Below are positions 45,112 through 53,656 of a stretch of 64,000 bases of DNA, one piece after another. Made by a program: the position numbers and the translations under genes. Positions within the stretch are counted from its first letter, which is position 1, and each line of letters starts with the position of its first letter. This DNA is from Chlamydiota bacterium (GTDB taxonomy: Bacteria > Chlamydiota > Chlamydiia > Chlamydiales > Parachlamydiaceae), in assembly GCA_013287905.1 (NCBI GenBank), contig JABDCW010000003.1, forward strand, positions 8,921 to 72,920. Reading direction: 5' to 3'. The notes below the pieces were generated by a model. That model ran no database searches. It saw only the letters and a list, made by a program, of their open reading frames with translations, and had not been told where the DNA came from.

Positions 45112-45849
45112 GCATAAATGCAAGCCATTCGAATCATAATAAATTTGACCGAAATAAGAGTCTTCTTCACAAAGGTGAGAATCTACAGAAGAGAGGCACT
45201 GCTTGCCCGATGGGGTAAGATAGAAAAGAAATACAGGCCTGTCAGCCCCATGACGCAAATGTTCCAGGGAAATAACCCCTTTACTGCGATCTAATGTCCA
45301 TCGGAAAGTGTTGCTAAAGCTCACTTCCGTGCCTTGTTTGTCCTGCCAGCTTCCTTTTTCATGAAAGACCAGTATGTCAGGGCCTTGCCTGGTCAGGATA
45401 ACTTCTCCATACCCCTTTCCATTCCACCCCTGCTCATTTTTTGATTTGGTTTTTGCATGGAAAACCAATTTAGTCACCTTCTTAAGCTTTTCCCAAAGGG
45501 TAAGCAGTGTGTGGTTTTTATTGTAATTGATTGCGGCTTGAGCTAAATCCTCTTTTATGAGGTAACACTGTTTTTTTTCATGAGCCGCTAACAAGGTATA
45601 TGCCTTTTTTAGCAACTGCTCCAGTTCACTTAAAAGAGGATAAGAAGGATTAAACTGATAAAGCCTTGTCTTCCCCTCATAATAACTTGTAATCACTCCA
45701 CCTTTTTCTAATCGATCTAACGCCTTCTGGATAGGCGTAAGAGAAGTTTTGAAAGAGCGATGAAGCTGAGTTCCATAACATTTGCCGTTGACAAACAAAA
45801 AGATCAGAATTTTTGTGACATTTTTATTTCCACATATGACATCAAGCAT
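45058..45849 (-). CDS. winged-helix (MarR/ArsR-like) DNA-binding domain fused to an uncharacterised C-terminal domain
   Basis: The N-terminus ILIFLFVNGKCYGTQLHRSFKTSLTPIQKALDRLEKGGVITSYYEGKTRLYQFN looks like a wHTH. The C-terminal ~150 aa resembles DUF6314-type domains (weak). It is divergent from bioB. Confidence 0.65.
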   Translation of the reverse strand: MLDVICGNKNVTKILIFLFVNGKCYGTQLHRSFKTSLTPIQKALDRLEKGGVITSYYEGKTRLYQFNPSYPLLSELEQLLKKAYTLLAAHEKKQCYLIKEDLAQAAINYNKNHTLLTLWEKLKKVTKLVFHAKTKSKNEQGWNGKGYGEVILTRQGPDILVFHEKGSWQDKQGTEVSFSNTFRWTLDRSKGVISLEHLRHGADRPVFLFYLTPSGKQCLSSVDSHLCEEDSYFGQIYYDSNGLHLCWRVIGPKKNEELDYYYS

Positions 45850-46012
45850 AAAAAAACCAACCTTCGTTTAAAACATTATAAACTCTTTTCTAGTTTTTAA
45901 AAAAATGGAAGATCCAGAGGAAAATATCGAAATTTGCATTCAAATTAAATCTCATATCGGTTTATGTAAACCAGTTTCTAGTTTTTGAAATATCCAAAAC
46001 AATGGTTTTCCA

Positions 46013-46041
46013 TTGAAAATCCGGTTAAACCATCGATAATA
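46013..46041 (+). promoter_or_regulatory. candidate bio operon promoter with near-palindrome in the spacer
   Basis: TTGAAA (46013-46018), a 16-17 nt spacer, then gATAATa (46035-46041), ~30 nt upstream of the bioB ATG. GGTTaAACC (46023-46031) lies in the spacer. GGTTTAtgTAAACC lies at 45959-45972. Confidence 0.3.
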
Positions 46042-46071
46042 TTCATTTCAAAGCAAGAAAGGAAGTAAATA

Positions 46072-47040
46072 ATGTTGAAATATGATTGGACAATCACAGA
46101 ATTAGAAGAACTTTATCAATTGCCGTTCCTCGACTTGATTGCTAAATCCCACACCATTCATGCCCAATTTCATGAGGTGTCAGAAATTCAGGTGTGCAAT
46201 CTCATCTCAATTAAGACAGGGGGCTGTCCGGAAGATTGCCGGTATTGTGCACAATCATCCCGTTATCAGACCCCGGTTCAAGCAACAGCCATGATGGAAT
46301 ACGAAGCGGTTTTAAGCGAAGCGAAGAAAGCAATAAGCCGGGGGGCTACTCGTATTTGTTTAGGGGCAGCCTGGAGAGCCCCGCGCAACAACAAAGCATT
46401 TGACGAAATTATAAAGATGGTCAAAGGGATTACTGAGCTTGGAGTAGAGGTGTGCTGCACGCTTGGAATGATCGATGAAACCCAAGGAAAACGCCTAAAG
46501 GAAGCCGGCCTTTATGCCTATAACCATAATCTCGATACTTCTGAAAAATTCTATCCCCAAATTACTTCAACAAGAAGCTACCAGGATAGACTAAAAACTT
46601 TAGATGCCGTAGAGAATGCAAATTTAAGCGTATGCTGCGGCGGAATTTTAGGCATGGGCGAATCAGTACAGGACAGGCTGGAACTATTACTTACCCTATG
46701 CAAAAGAAATCCCCATCCGGAATCAGTGCCGATTAACCGCTTAAGTACAATTCCAGGCACGCCTCTTGAAAATCTTCCCCAGATTTCTATATGGGAGATG
46801 GTTCGCATCGTTGCCATTGCCAGGATCGTCATGCCAAAAGCCATGGTGCGCTTGTCCTGCGGCCGAATTGACATGACCTATGAAGCGCAAGCCCTTTGTT
46901 TTTTAGCCGGAGCCAACTCTATTTTTTCCGGAGAAAAGCTGCTCACTGTAGCCAATACATCGATCGATAGTGACAGAAAGATGTTTGAACTTTTAGGACT
47001 CAAAATGCGTCCCGCTTTTGCTAAGGCTGGTGCCTCATGA
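46072..47040 (+). CDS. bioB: biotin synthase
   Basis: The radical-SAM motif is CPEDCRYCAQS. YNHNLDTS and a GESVQDR-type region are present. Confidence 0.95.
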   Translation: MLKYDWTITELEELYQLPFLDLIAKSHTIHAQFHEVSEIQVCNLISIKTGGCPEDCRYCAQSSRYQTPVQATAMMEYEAVLSEAKKAISRGATRICLGAAWRAPRNNKAFDEIIKMVKGITELGVEVCCTLGMIDETQGKRLKEAGLYAYNHNLDTSEKFYPQITSTRSYQDRLKTLDAVENANLSVCCGGILGMGESVQDRLELLLTLCKRNPHPESVPINRLSTIPGTPLENLPQISIWEMVRIVAIARIVMPKAMVRLSCGRIDMTYEAQALCFLAGANSIFSGEKLLTVANTSIDSDRKMFELLGLKMRPAFAKAGAS

Positions 47041-48140
47041 CATTATCTCTGGAAAACCAGCTGCTTTTAAGAAAAAAGCAAAATAATTTCCGGCAATTGA
47101 CACCCGTTTTACCTTTGATCGATTTTTCTTCAAACGATTACTTAGGACTCGCCAGATCCTCTGATCTAATGGATTCAATTATTTTAGAACAGCATAGGCT
47201 GCCAAATGATCTAAAGGGGTTTGGGTCGACAGGATCCCGCCTCCTCTCGGGCAATTCACAATACGCTCAAGACTTGGAAAACACAATTGCCGCATTCCAT
47301 GCCTTTGATTCCGGCGTTATCTTTAATTGCGGTTATATGGCGAATGTAGGGCTTCTCTCTACTGTTGCAAGGCAAATTGACACCATTTTTTTTGATTCCA
47401 GGGTCCATGCTTCCACCCGGGACGGGATTCGCTTGAGCAGGGCGCAATCTTACCCATTCAAGCACAATAATTTGGCCCATCTCGAACAGCGTCTTAAAAA
47501 TGGGTCCGCAAAAGGAAATCGTTTTATCTGCATTGAATCGATTTACTCTACAAGCGGAAAAAGGGCCCCGCTCGTTGACATCTCCACACTTGCAAAAAGA
47601 TATGATGCTCATTTAATCGTAGATGAAGCTCATGCAGTAGGAGTATACGGCCCAAAAGGACGCGGGCTCGTTGCTGAGGCCGACCTGCACTCTAGCACCT
47701 TTGCCCTGATTGTTACCTTTGGCAAGGCTCTTGGTACGCATGGGGCCATTGTCCTGGGAAGAAGGGGATTGATCGACAGCCTCATCAATTTTGCTACCCC
47801 CTTCATTTATACAACTGCGTTACCTTTTTTTTCCTTCGCTGCCATTAAATGCAGCTATGACTATTTTCCGAAATGCGAACCAGAAAGATCCCGTCTGCAT
47901 CGATTGATTGATCAATGCAACAAGATATATGCAGAATCATCAGGCACACAAATCCAGTCAATAAAGATGAATGGAAATAAGGAAGCCAGGTATATGGCCC
48001 AAAAGCTTGCAAAGACGGGATTCGATGTCAAACCTCTATTAAGCCCGACAGTGCAAAGAGGGCACGAAATCTTGCGCATCTGCCTGCACTCTTTTAATAC
48101 AAAAAACGAACTGCAGACCTTAATGGAGATCGTTTCGTGA
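47037..48140 (+). CDS. bioF: 8-amino-7-oxononanoate synthase
   Basis: DEAHAVGVYGPKGRG and the PLP-Lys context TFGKALG. An ATGA overlap links it to bioB. Confidence 0.9.
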   Translation: MTLSLENQLLLRKKQNNFRQLTPVLPLIDFSSNDYLGLARSSDLMDSIILEQHRLPNDLKGFGSTGSRLLSGNSQYAQDLENTIAAFHAFDSGVIFNCGYMANVGLLSTVARQIDTIFFDSRVHASTRDGIRLSRAQSYPFKHNNLAHLEQRLKNGSAKGNRFICIESIYSTSGKRAPLVDISTLAKRYDAHLIVDEAHAVGVYGPKGRGLVAEADLHSSTFALIVTFGKALGTHGAIVLGRRGLIDSLINFATPFIYTTALPFFSFAAIKCSYDYFPKCEPERSRLHRLIDQCNKIYAESSGTQIQSIKMNGNKEARYMAQKLAKTGFDVKPLLSPTVQRGHEILRICLHSFNTKNELQTLMEIVS

Positions 48141-48763
48141 AAAACATCATCGTTGCAGGAATAGGCACTGAAGTGGGAAAAACAATTGCTGCAGCCATTT
48201 TGACCACTCTTTTAAATGGCGATTACTGGAAACCTGTTCAATGCGGTGTGGACGGTAATTGCGATTCGGCTATCATGAAAAAGTTGCTGTGTGCAAAAAA
48301 ACATCGCGTTCATCCGCCCGCCTATTCTTTAAAAATGGATGCCTCTCCTCACCATGCAGCCAGGATGGAAAATATTTGCATCGATCTGCAAGCAATTATC
48401 CCTCCTGAAACGACATCACCCCTGATCATCGAAAGCGTAGGGGGGGTCTATGTCCCCATTCTAACTGAAAGTTTGAGCATCGACCTGTTTAAGACATGGA
48501 AATGCCAGTGGATCGTCGTTTCAAAACACTATCTGGGAAGCATCAACCATACATTATTGACTCTCGATGCCCTAAAACGGCATCATATCCCAGTTTCCGG
48601 CATCATCTTCAATGGCGAGCCCAATATCGACAGTGAAACCGCAATTTTAAGGAACTCCCGGGTTCCATTTTTTAATAGGCTGCTTCCAGAAACTTCGATA
48701 AACAGACAAACAATTCAAAGGTACGCAAAACAATGGCAATATCAGCTTCCGCTCATCTCTTGA
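48137..48763 (+). CDS. bioD: dethiobiotin synthetase
   Basis: The P-loop is GIGTEVGKT. It overlaps the bioF stop and is 208 aa long. Confidence 0.85.
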   Translation: MKNIIVAGIGTEVGKTIAAAILTTLLNGDYWKPVQCGVDGNCDSAIMKKLLCAKKHRVHPPAYSLKMDASPHHAARMENICIDLQAIIPPETTSPLIIESVGGVYVPILTESLSIDLFKTWKCQWIVVSKHYLGSINHTLLTLDALKRHHIPVSGIIFNGEPNIDSETAILRNSRVPFFNRLLPETSINRQTIQRYAKQWQYQLPLIS

Positions 48764-50025
48764 GCCAGAAAGACCGCGAGTGTGTGTGGCACCCGTTTAC
48801 GCAAATGAAGACGGCACGCTTGCCAATCCCTATTGTCAAAGGTAAAGGACTATATCTTTATGATATAGATGGAAAACCTTATTTGGACGGCATTTCTTCC
48901 TGGTGGGTTAACCTTCATGGACATGCCCATCCCTATATTGTCGAAAAAATCAAATCTCAGGCAGGTCAACTGGAACATGTCATTTTTGCCGATTTTACCC
49001 ATGCCCCTGCTGTGGATTTAGCCTCCGGCCTTCTTTCCATCCTGCCAGGTAATATGTCCAAAATCTTTTATTCAGATAATGGGTCGACAGCCGTTGAAGT
49101 GGCACTCAAAATTGCCTTGCAATTTTGGCATAATCAAAATATTGATCGCACAAAAATCATTTGTTTCAAAAATAGTTATCATGGCGATACCTTTGGAGCC
49201 ATGTCTGCATCGGGAAAAAATGAGCTCAATCGACCCTTTTGGAGCCACTTCTTTGCTGTTGAAACCATCGACCCTCCAATTAAGGGAGATGAATCACAGT
49301 CCATTTATCAGCTTCAAACTATTTTAAGAAAGGAAAAGGTTGCCTGTTTTATCTTTGAACCTCTTGTCCTGGGATCTGGGGGGATGATCATCTACCCGGC
49401 AGATGGATTAAACAAACTCATCCAATGCTGCAGACAGCACGATGTATTAACCATTGCCGATGAGGTGATGACAGGATTTGGACGGACAGGCACTCTTTTT
49501 GCCTGTGATCAGCTTAAGCAAACCCCTGATATGATTTGCCTTTCCAAGGGATTAACAGGCGGCTTTTTGCCATTAGCAGCCACAGCTTGCACAGAGAGAA
49601 TATTTAACGCCTTTCTTGGCAATCATCTCTCTTCTGCCTTCCTGCACGGCCATTCTTATGCTGCCAACCCGATTGCATGCGTAAGCGCCCTTGCAAGCCT
49701 TGATCTTTTACTGAAAGAAAGCTGTTTTCTGCAAAGGAAAATGATTGCTTCATCCCACAAGGCTTTCTGCAAAAAATGGAACGGCCATCCAAAACTCAAG
49801 CGTTGCGAAGCCTTAGGAACGATTTTAGCTTTAGAGTATCAAACGAAAAAAACGACATACTTTCAATCGATCCGCGACAGTCTGTACAAATTTTTCATAG
49901 ATAGAGGCATTATCCTTCGCCCTTTAGGCAATGTCCTATATGTTCTGCCTCCCTATTGCATTAATCGGGATGAATTGGATTTTATTTATGATCACATTAT
50001 TCTTACACTCGAAGGAGATCTATGA
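48733..50025 (+). CDS. bioA: adenosylmethionine-8-amino-7-oxononanoate aminotransferase
   Basis: VWHPFTQMK, SYHGDT, DEVMTGFGRTG and SKGLTGG (the PLP Lys). Confidence 0.9.
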   Translation: MAISASAHLLSQKDRECVWHPFTQMKTARLPIPIVKGKGLYLYDIDGKPYLDGISSWWVNLHGHAHPYIVEKIKSQAGQLEHVIFADFTHAPAVDLASGLLSILPGNMSKIFYSDNGSTAVEVALKIALQFWHNQNIDRTKIICFKNSYHGDTFGAMSASGKNELNRPFWSHFFAVETIDPPIKGDESQSIYQLQTILRKEKVACFIFEPLVLGSGGMIIYPADGLNKLIQCCRQHDVLTIADEVMTGFGRTGTLFACDQLKQTPDMICLSKGLTGGFLPLAATACTERIFNAFLGNHLSSAFLHGHSYAANPIACVSALASLDLLLKESCFLQRKMIASSHKAFCKKWNGHPKLKRCEALGTILALEYQTKKTTYFQSIRDSLYKFFIDRGIILRPLGNVLYVLPPYCINRDELDFIYDHIILTLEGDL

Positions 50026-50666
50026 ATGGATTTATTTCTTTTGCTGAACAGTTGGAACCCTTGCTTGACCATATTGTCAGCTCTCATTTCCTGCATGCCA
50101 GATGGCTAAATACCCTTTCTTATCTTGAAAATTGCGGGGCCAGAAAAATTGCTGCCTGCGAACATCCGACTTTAGTCAAAGAAGAGATGCTCAAGCACGC
50201 AGCTGAAGAATTCCGCCATGCCCATTACCTGAAGAGGCAAATCGAAAAAATCTCCTCCGCCTGTTTAGAAGATTACTCTCTTGGCTCTATGCTGGGAGAA
50301 AGAAGCACATTGCATTATTTGACTGCGCTCGATGTAAAAGCATCCCGTTATCTTAAAAGTAATGGGTTTTCCAAAAACTCTATTAAAGAAGCCGCCTATT
50401 TACTCGTCACTTATGCAATTGAACTGCGGGCCGCACAGCTTTATCCAATTTATGACGCAGTTCTTCGAAATAGTCGTTCCGCTGTTGCTGTCAAGTCGAT
50501 TTTGCTCGAAGAAAAAGAACATCTCGAAGAGATGAAAGAGGGATTGAACAAGCTTTCTTTAGGGGATGTACACGCAGCCCATGTTTGTGCAATAGAAAGC
50601 GATCTATGTAAAAAATGGATCGATGCTGTCGGGAAAACTCTACATATTAAAAAAGCACCCAATTGA
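50022..50666 (+). CDS. ferritin-like di-iron carboxylate protein, fifth gene of the bio operon
   Basis: An ATGA overlap links it to the bioA stop. The ligand pattern is E36 (YLEN), E63xxH66 (AEEFRHA), E134 (AIELRAA) and E164xxH167 (LEEKEHL), as in acyl-ACP desaturase / aldehyde-deformylating oxygenase-type four-helix bundles. Confidence 0.75.
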   Translation: MNGFISFAEQLEPLLDHIVSSHFLHARWLNTLSYLENCGARKIAACEHPTLVKEEMLKHAAEEFRHAHYLKRQIEKISSACLEDYSLGSMLGERSTLHYLTALDVKASRYLKSNGFSKNSIKEAAYLLVTYAIELRAAQLYPIYDAVLRNSRSAVAVKSILLEEKEHLEEMKEGLNKLSLGDVHAAHVCAIESDLCKKWIDAVGKTLHIKKAPN

Positions 50667-50720
50667 CAGTAAAAATAATTGTATTTCATTTCTATCGGAT
50701 GGAAGATGAGCTGCTTGATT

Positions 50721-50753
50721 ATGTAAAACGGTTTTACATGAGTCGCTTTTTTT
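50721..50753 (+). terminator. candidate intrinsic terminator of the bio operon
   Basis: The palindrome atgtaaaac-g-gttttacat (50721-50739) is followed 7 nt later by a T7 run (50747-50753). Confidence 0.4.
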
Positions 50754-50913
50754 GGTGAATTTCAGACTTTCCGAGAATTTTAAGTGCAGTATACATTACT
50801 TATATCTATAAATTAAGTAACATATGATTAAAAATCGGGAGAATTTTGGATATTTCTGATTTCCAACTGACATCAACCGTCAAAATAAGAGAAGTTATGA
50901 TATAAGTTGACGA

Positions 50914-51078
50914 TATACCGAAGGTGGTTCAAAAGTTGGGATTTTGACAAGGAGGCTGCTCAAAATTTTTCGTCTGGAGCGAGGGGCCATTGCCAATGGC
51001 CAAGGCACGAGTGAAGACAAAAATTTTGATGCAAAGCCAACGCAGTCAAAAACCAATTTTTGAATCACGTTCGGTATA
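50914..51078. mobile_element. 165-bp MITE-like palindromic element (inverted relative to 8925-9089)
   Basis: tataccgaaggtggttcaaaagttggg...ccaatttttgaatcacgttcggtata. Its reverse complement is about 90% identical by eye to 8925-9089. A TA dinucleotide lies at both junctions. Confidence 0.85.
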
Positions 51079-51104
51079 ATACTATATAAAGGTTAGTAGC
51101 ATAA

Positions 51105-51803
51105 ATGAAGATGTACAAAAATGAATTAGGGCAACCAATAGGATACCCGGTTACAAATTATACCCCTCCTCCTTTACCAAATTTTTCTAAACTCGAAGGA
51201 TCGGCTGTTTCTGTTGTGCCCCTCACAGCGGCACATCTCCCTTCCCTGTATTCGGCCTTTTCCATGGATTCAACAGGGGCAAACTGGACATATCTGCCTT
51301 ATGGGCCCTTTAAAAGAGAAGAAGACTTTCACCAGTGGGCAATGGCGACTTGTTTTACGGAAGATACAAAATTCTATTGCCTAATCAGTGACAAGGGGCC
51401 CGCAGGTGTTGCAAGCTACTTAAGAATTGATCCCAAAATTGGATCTATTGAAATAGGCCACATTCATTTATCCCCATTATTACAACGTACTCGGGCAGGA
51501 ACTGAAAGTTTGCTGCTTATGATTGAATGGGCATTTGAAGCGGGTTTTAGGCGGATTGAATGGAAATGCGACGCCCTGAACGCACCTTCAAGACATGCGG
51601 CTGAACGGCTAGGTTTATTATATGAAGGAGTGTTCAGACAAGCAATCATTTATAAGTCCCGTAATCGGGATACCGCCTGGTATGCCGCTACAAGCCTTGA
51701 ATGGCCATTTCTAAAAAATGCCTACCACAAATGGCGCAATCCCAATAATTTTGATGCCGCGGGTCGGGAAATCACAAAACTCTCCAGTCTCACTAGAGCC
51801 TAA
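51105..51803 (+). CDS. GNAT-family N-acetyltransferase (RimJ/RimL-like, Acetyltransf_3 type)
   Basis: IEIGHIHLSPLLQRTRAGTESLLLMIEWAFEAGFRRIEWKCDALNAPSRHAAERLGLLYEGVFRQ is typical of this subgroup. Confidence 0.8.
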   Translation: MKMYKNELGQPIGYPVTNYTPPPLPNFSKLEGSAVSVVPLTAAHLPSLYSAFSMDSTGANWTYLPYGPFKREEDFHQWAMATCFTEDTKFYCLISDKGPAGVASYLRIDPKIGSIEIGHIHLSPLLQRTRAGTESLLLMIEWAFEAGFRRIEWKCDALNAPSRHAAERLGLLYEGVFRQAIIYKSRNRDTAWYAATSLEWPFLKNAYHKWRNPNNFDAAGREITKLSSLTRA

Positions 51804-51818
51804 GAACCTGTTCAAAAT

Positions 51819-52340
51819 CTAAGGTTCTAAAGCCATTTGCATCTCTTCTACCATCTTGTGTATAACATCTGGTTTTATAGGGCTGCTCAAGTTAGCCATA
51901 TACATTCTTATCATAAAACCAATGACAGAATCATCCCCTTCTTGCCGGGGGATATAATGAAAATGAACATGGGGCACGGTCTGCCCCGCCTCTTTTCCAT
52001 TTTTCTGCAGCAATAAATAAGATTTTGCCTTAAATACTTTTTGCGCAGCCATATCTACTTTTTTGATCACCTGACCAATTTGCATCAATTCATTCTCAGA
52101 CAGCCCCTCAAAACGCTCGACATGTCTTTTTGGGATAATCAGGCAGTGTCCGGGAACAATGGGCTTATGCGTTAATAAAGCTACAACAAGGTCATCTTCA
52201 TAAAATTTTTGCAAGTCTAATACTTTTGCATTGCAAAAAGGACAATCTTCATCCTGATTTTTCTGAGAGGATGAAAAAGAGAATAAAGCGGCTCCAAATA
52301 ATATCATGAAGGGAAGGAACCACTTTATTGCTCGTCTCAT
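51819..52340 (-). CDS. HIT-family (histidine triad) protein with N-terminal hydrophobic signal
   Basis: The triad is HVHFHYIPR, and PIVPGHCLIIPKRH is also present. Its start overlaps the upstream stop. Confidence 0.85.
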   Translation of the reverse strand: MRRAIKWFLPFMILFGAALFSFSSSQKNQDEDCPFCNAKVLDLQKFYEDDLVVALLTHKPIVPGHCLIIPKRHVERFEGLSENELMQIGQVIKKVDMAAQKVFKAKSYLLLQKNGKEAGQTVPHVHFHYIPRQEGDDSVIGFMIRMYMANLSSPIKPDVIHKMVEEMQMALEP

Positions 52341-53419
52341 ACTAAATCCAGATCGACAATGATATGTTTGACCTGTCTTTGGGTTTTTCCAGTGGCTGTC
52401 CAGGCATAGGTGACATGCAGGTGTCCTTGGGAATCAACAATTGCCGAAGGAAACTCTCCACATTTTTCCTCAAGATCGCACAAGCGGCTCCATGAATTTC
52501 CCCCATCTTTAGAAATCGCCATACTAAGCGGGTATCTCTTTGTGTGGGAATGATTGTAAAGCATTAAAATGCGATTATCTCCTAGCATAACGACTTCGAT
52601 ACCTGAATCTGGATTAGGCAGGTCAGTCTTTCTCAATGCAGACCAGCTCTTTCCTCCATCTTCCGACTCAGCCATCCACACCCATCCTTCAGACTTAATC
52701 CGGTTTGATCTGTCCCGGCATACCAACTTTAATGTCCCATGAATGTCCCAAAACAAAACCGGTTCGATGCAACCAAATCTTTTTCCCGGTATTTCAATTG
52801 GCCCAGACTTGGACCACTGATGATCCGAATAGGTTTCAACCCAGCATGCTGTTGCCTTATATTCATCATCCGGCTCACCAACCTCTACTGAAGAGCCGCA
52901 AATCATCTTTCCTTCGCTGTCGATAAGAGGCTTTGACCTTGTCGGTCCTATAATCCCTGCAGGCATAAGTTCTTCTTTTCCCCAAGTCTCCCCATTATCG
53001 AAGGAGCGTTTACACATGGAGGCAGCGCGTCTCGGATCTGGGCCTACACGATAAAATAAGAGTAATTCCCCATTGGGATGTTTCATCAATACCGGCGTCC
53101 AGCATACGGAATCTGGGACACCGACAATTTGCTTTGGACCATTCCATTCGCCATCTTTGAAAAAAGAGAGCCAAATCCCTACATTTTGCTTCATGTCCAC
53201 ATTACTCTGGCCTTTGCCAGGGCCTCCTTTCCAGGCAGCACATAATACCCCCGGAGAAATTTCCACTAAAGAAGAGCTGTGGCAGTCAAAATCTTCTTCT
53301 GTAGGATAGACAATGGATTCTTTGATGATCATCTGGTCTCGTGGCATAGAGAACAGAGTTAATGGAGAAGTAAGTAGAGCTAACATCAGCAAGGTGCAGG
53401 TAAAGCGACATAATGACAT
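52337..53419 (-). CDS. BNR/Asp-box repeat sialidase-like (GH33-like) secreted protein
   Basis: A signal peptide is present. The Asp-boxes are SFDNGETW, SEDGGKSW and SKDGGNSW. I did not see an FRIP motif, so activity is uncertain. Confidence 0.7.
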   Translation of the reverse strand: MSLCRFTCTLLMLALLTSPLTLFSMPRDQMIIKESIVYPTEEDFDCHSSSLVEISPGVLCAAWKGGPGKGQSNVDMKQNVGIWLSFFKDGEWNGPKQIVGVPDSVCWTPVLMKHPNGELLLFYRVGPDPRRAASMCKRSFDNGETWGKEELMPAGIIGPTRSKPLIDSEGKMICGSSVEVGEPDDEYKATACWVETYSDHQWSKSGPIEIPGKRFGCIEPVLFWDIHGTLKLVCRDRSNRIKSEGWVWMAESEDGGKSWSALRKTDLPNPDSGIEVVMLGDNRILMLYNHSHTKRYPLSMAISKDGGNSWSRLCDLEEKCGEFPSAIVDSQGHLHVTYAWTATGKTQRQVKHIIVDLDLV

Positions 53420-53497
53420 GAAATCAAATCCTTCTAATAGTTTTTGCGTCTATCTTAACATGCGAACTGTTATTTTGCAAAAGAATCCGGTATTTCG

Positions 53498-53656
53498 CCA
53501 GGTGACTGAGCATTAAAACAAATATTTTAAACACAGAGGCACGGAGAACACAGAGACAAGCTATTACACATCTTTTTTTTCGTGGAAGCAAAAAAAATCT
53601 CTGTGTCCTCTGTGTCTCTGTGTTTCAATAAATCGTTTTAATAAAAAGTCGCCTGG
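53498..53656. repeat. hairpin element, CACAGAGG-unit family
   Basis: ccaggtgactgagcattaaaacaaatattttaaacacagaggcacggagaacacagaga ... tctctgtgtcctctgtgtctctgtgtttcaataaatcgttttaat...gtcgcctgg. It is the reverse complement of 19512-19700 without the inner hairpin. It abuts the wzt stop. Confidence 0.9.

Noticed and set aside
45959-46031. Canonical BirA operator upstream of bioB
   Set aside because: TGTAAACC-like half-sites are present. However, they are not arranged as TGTAAACC-N14-16-GGTTTACA. I kept them only as a low-confidence regulatory hint.
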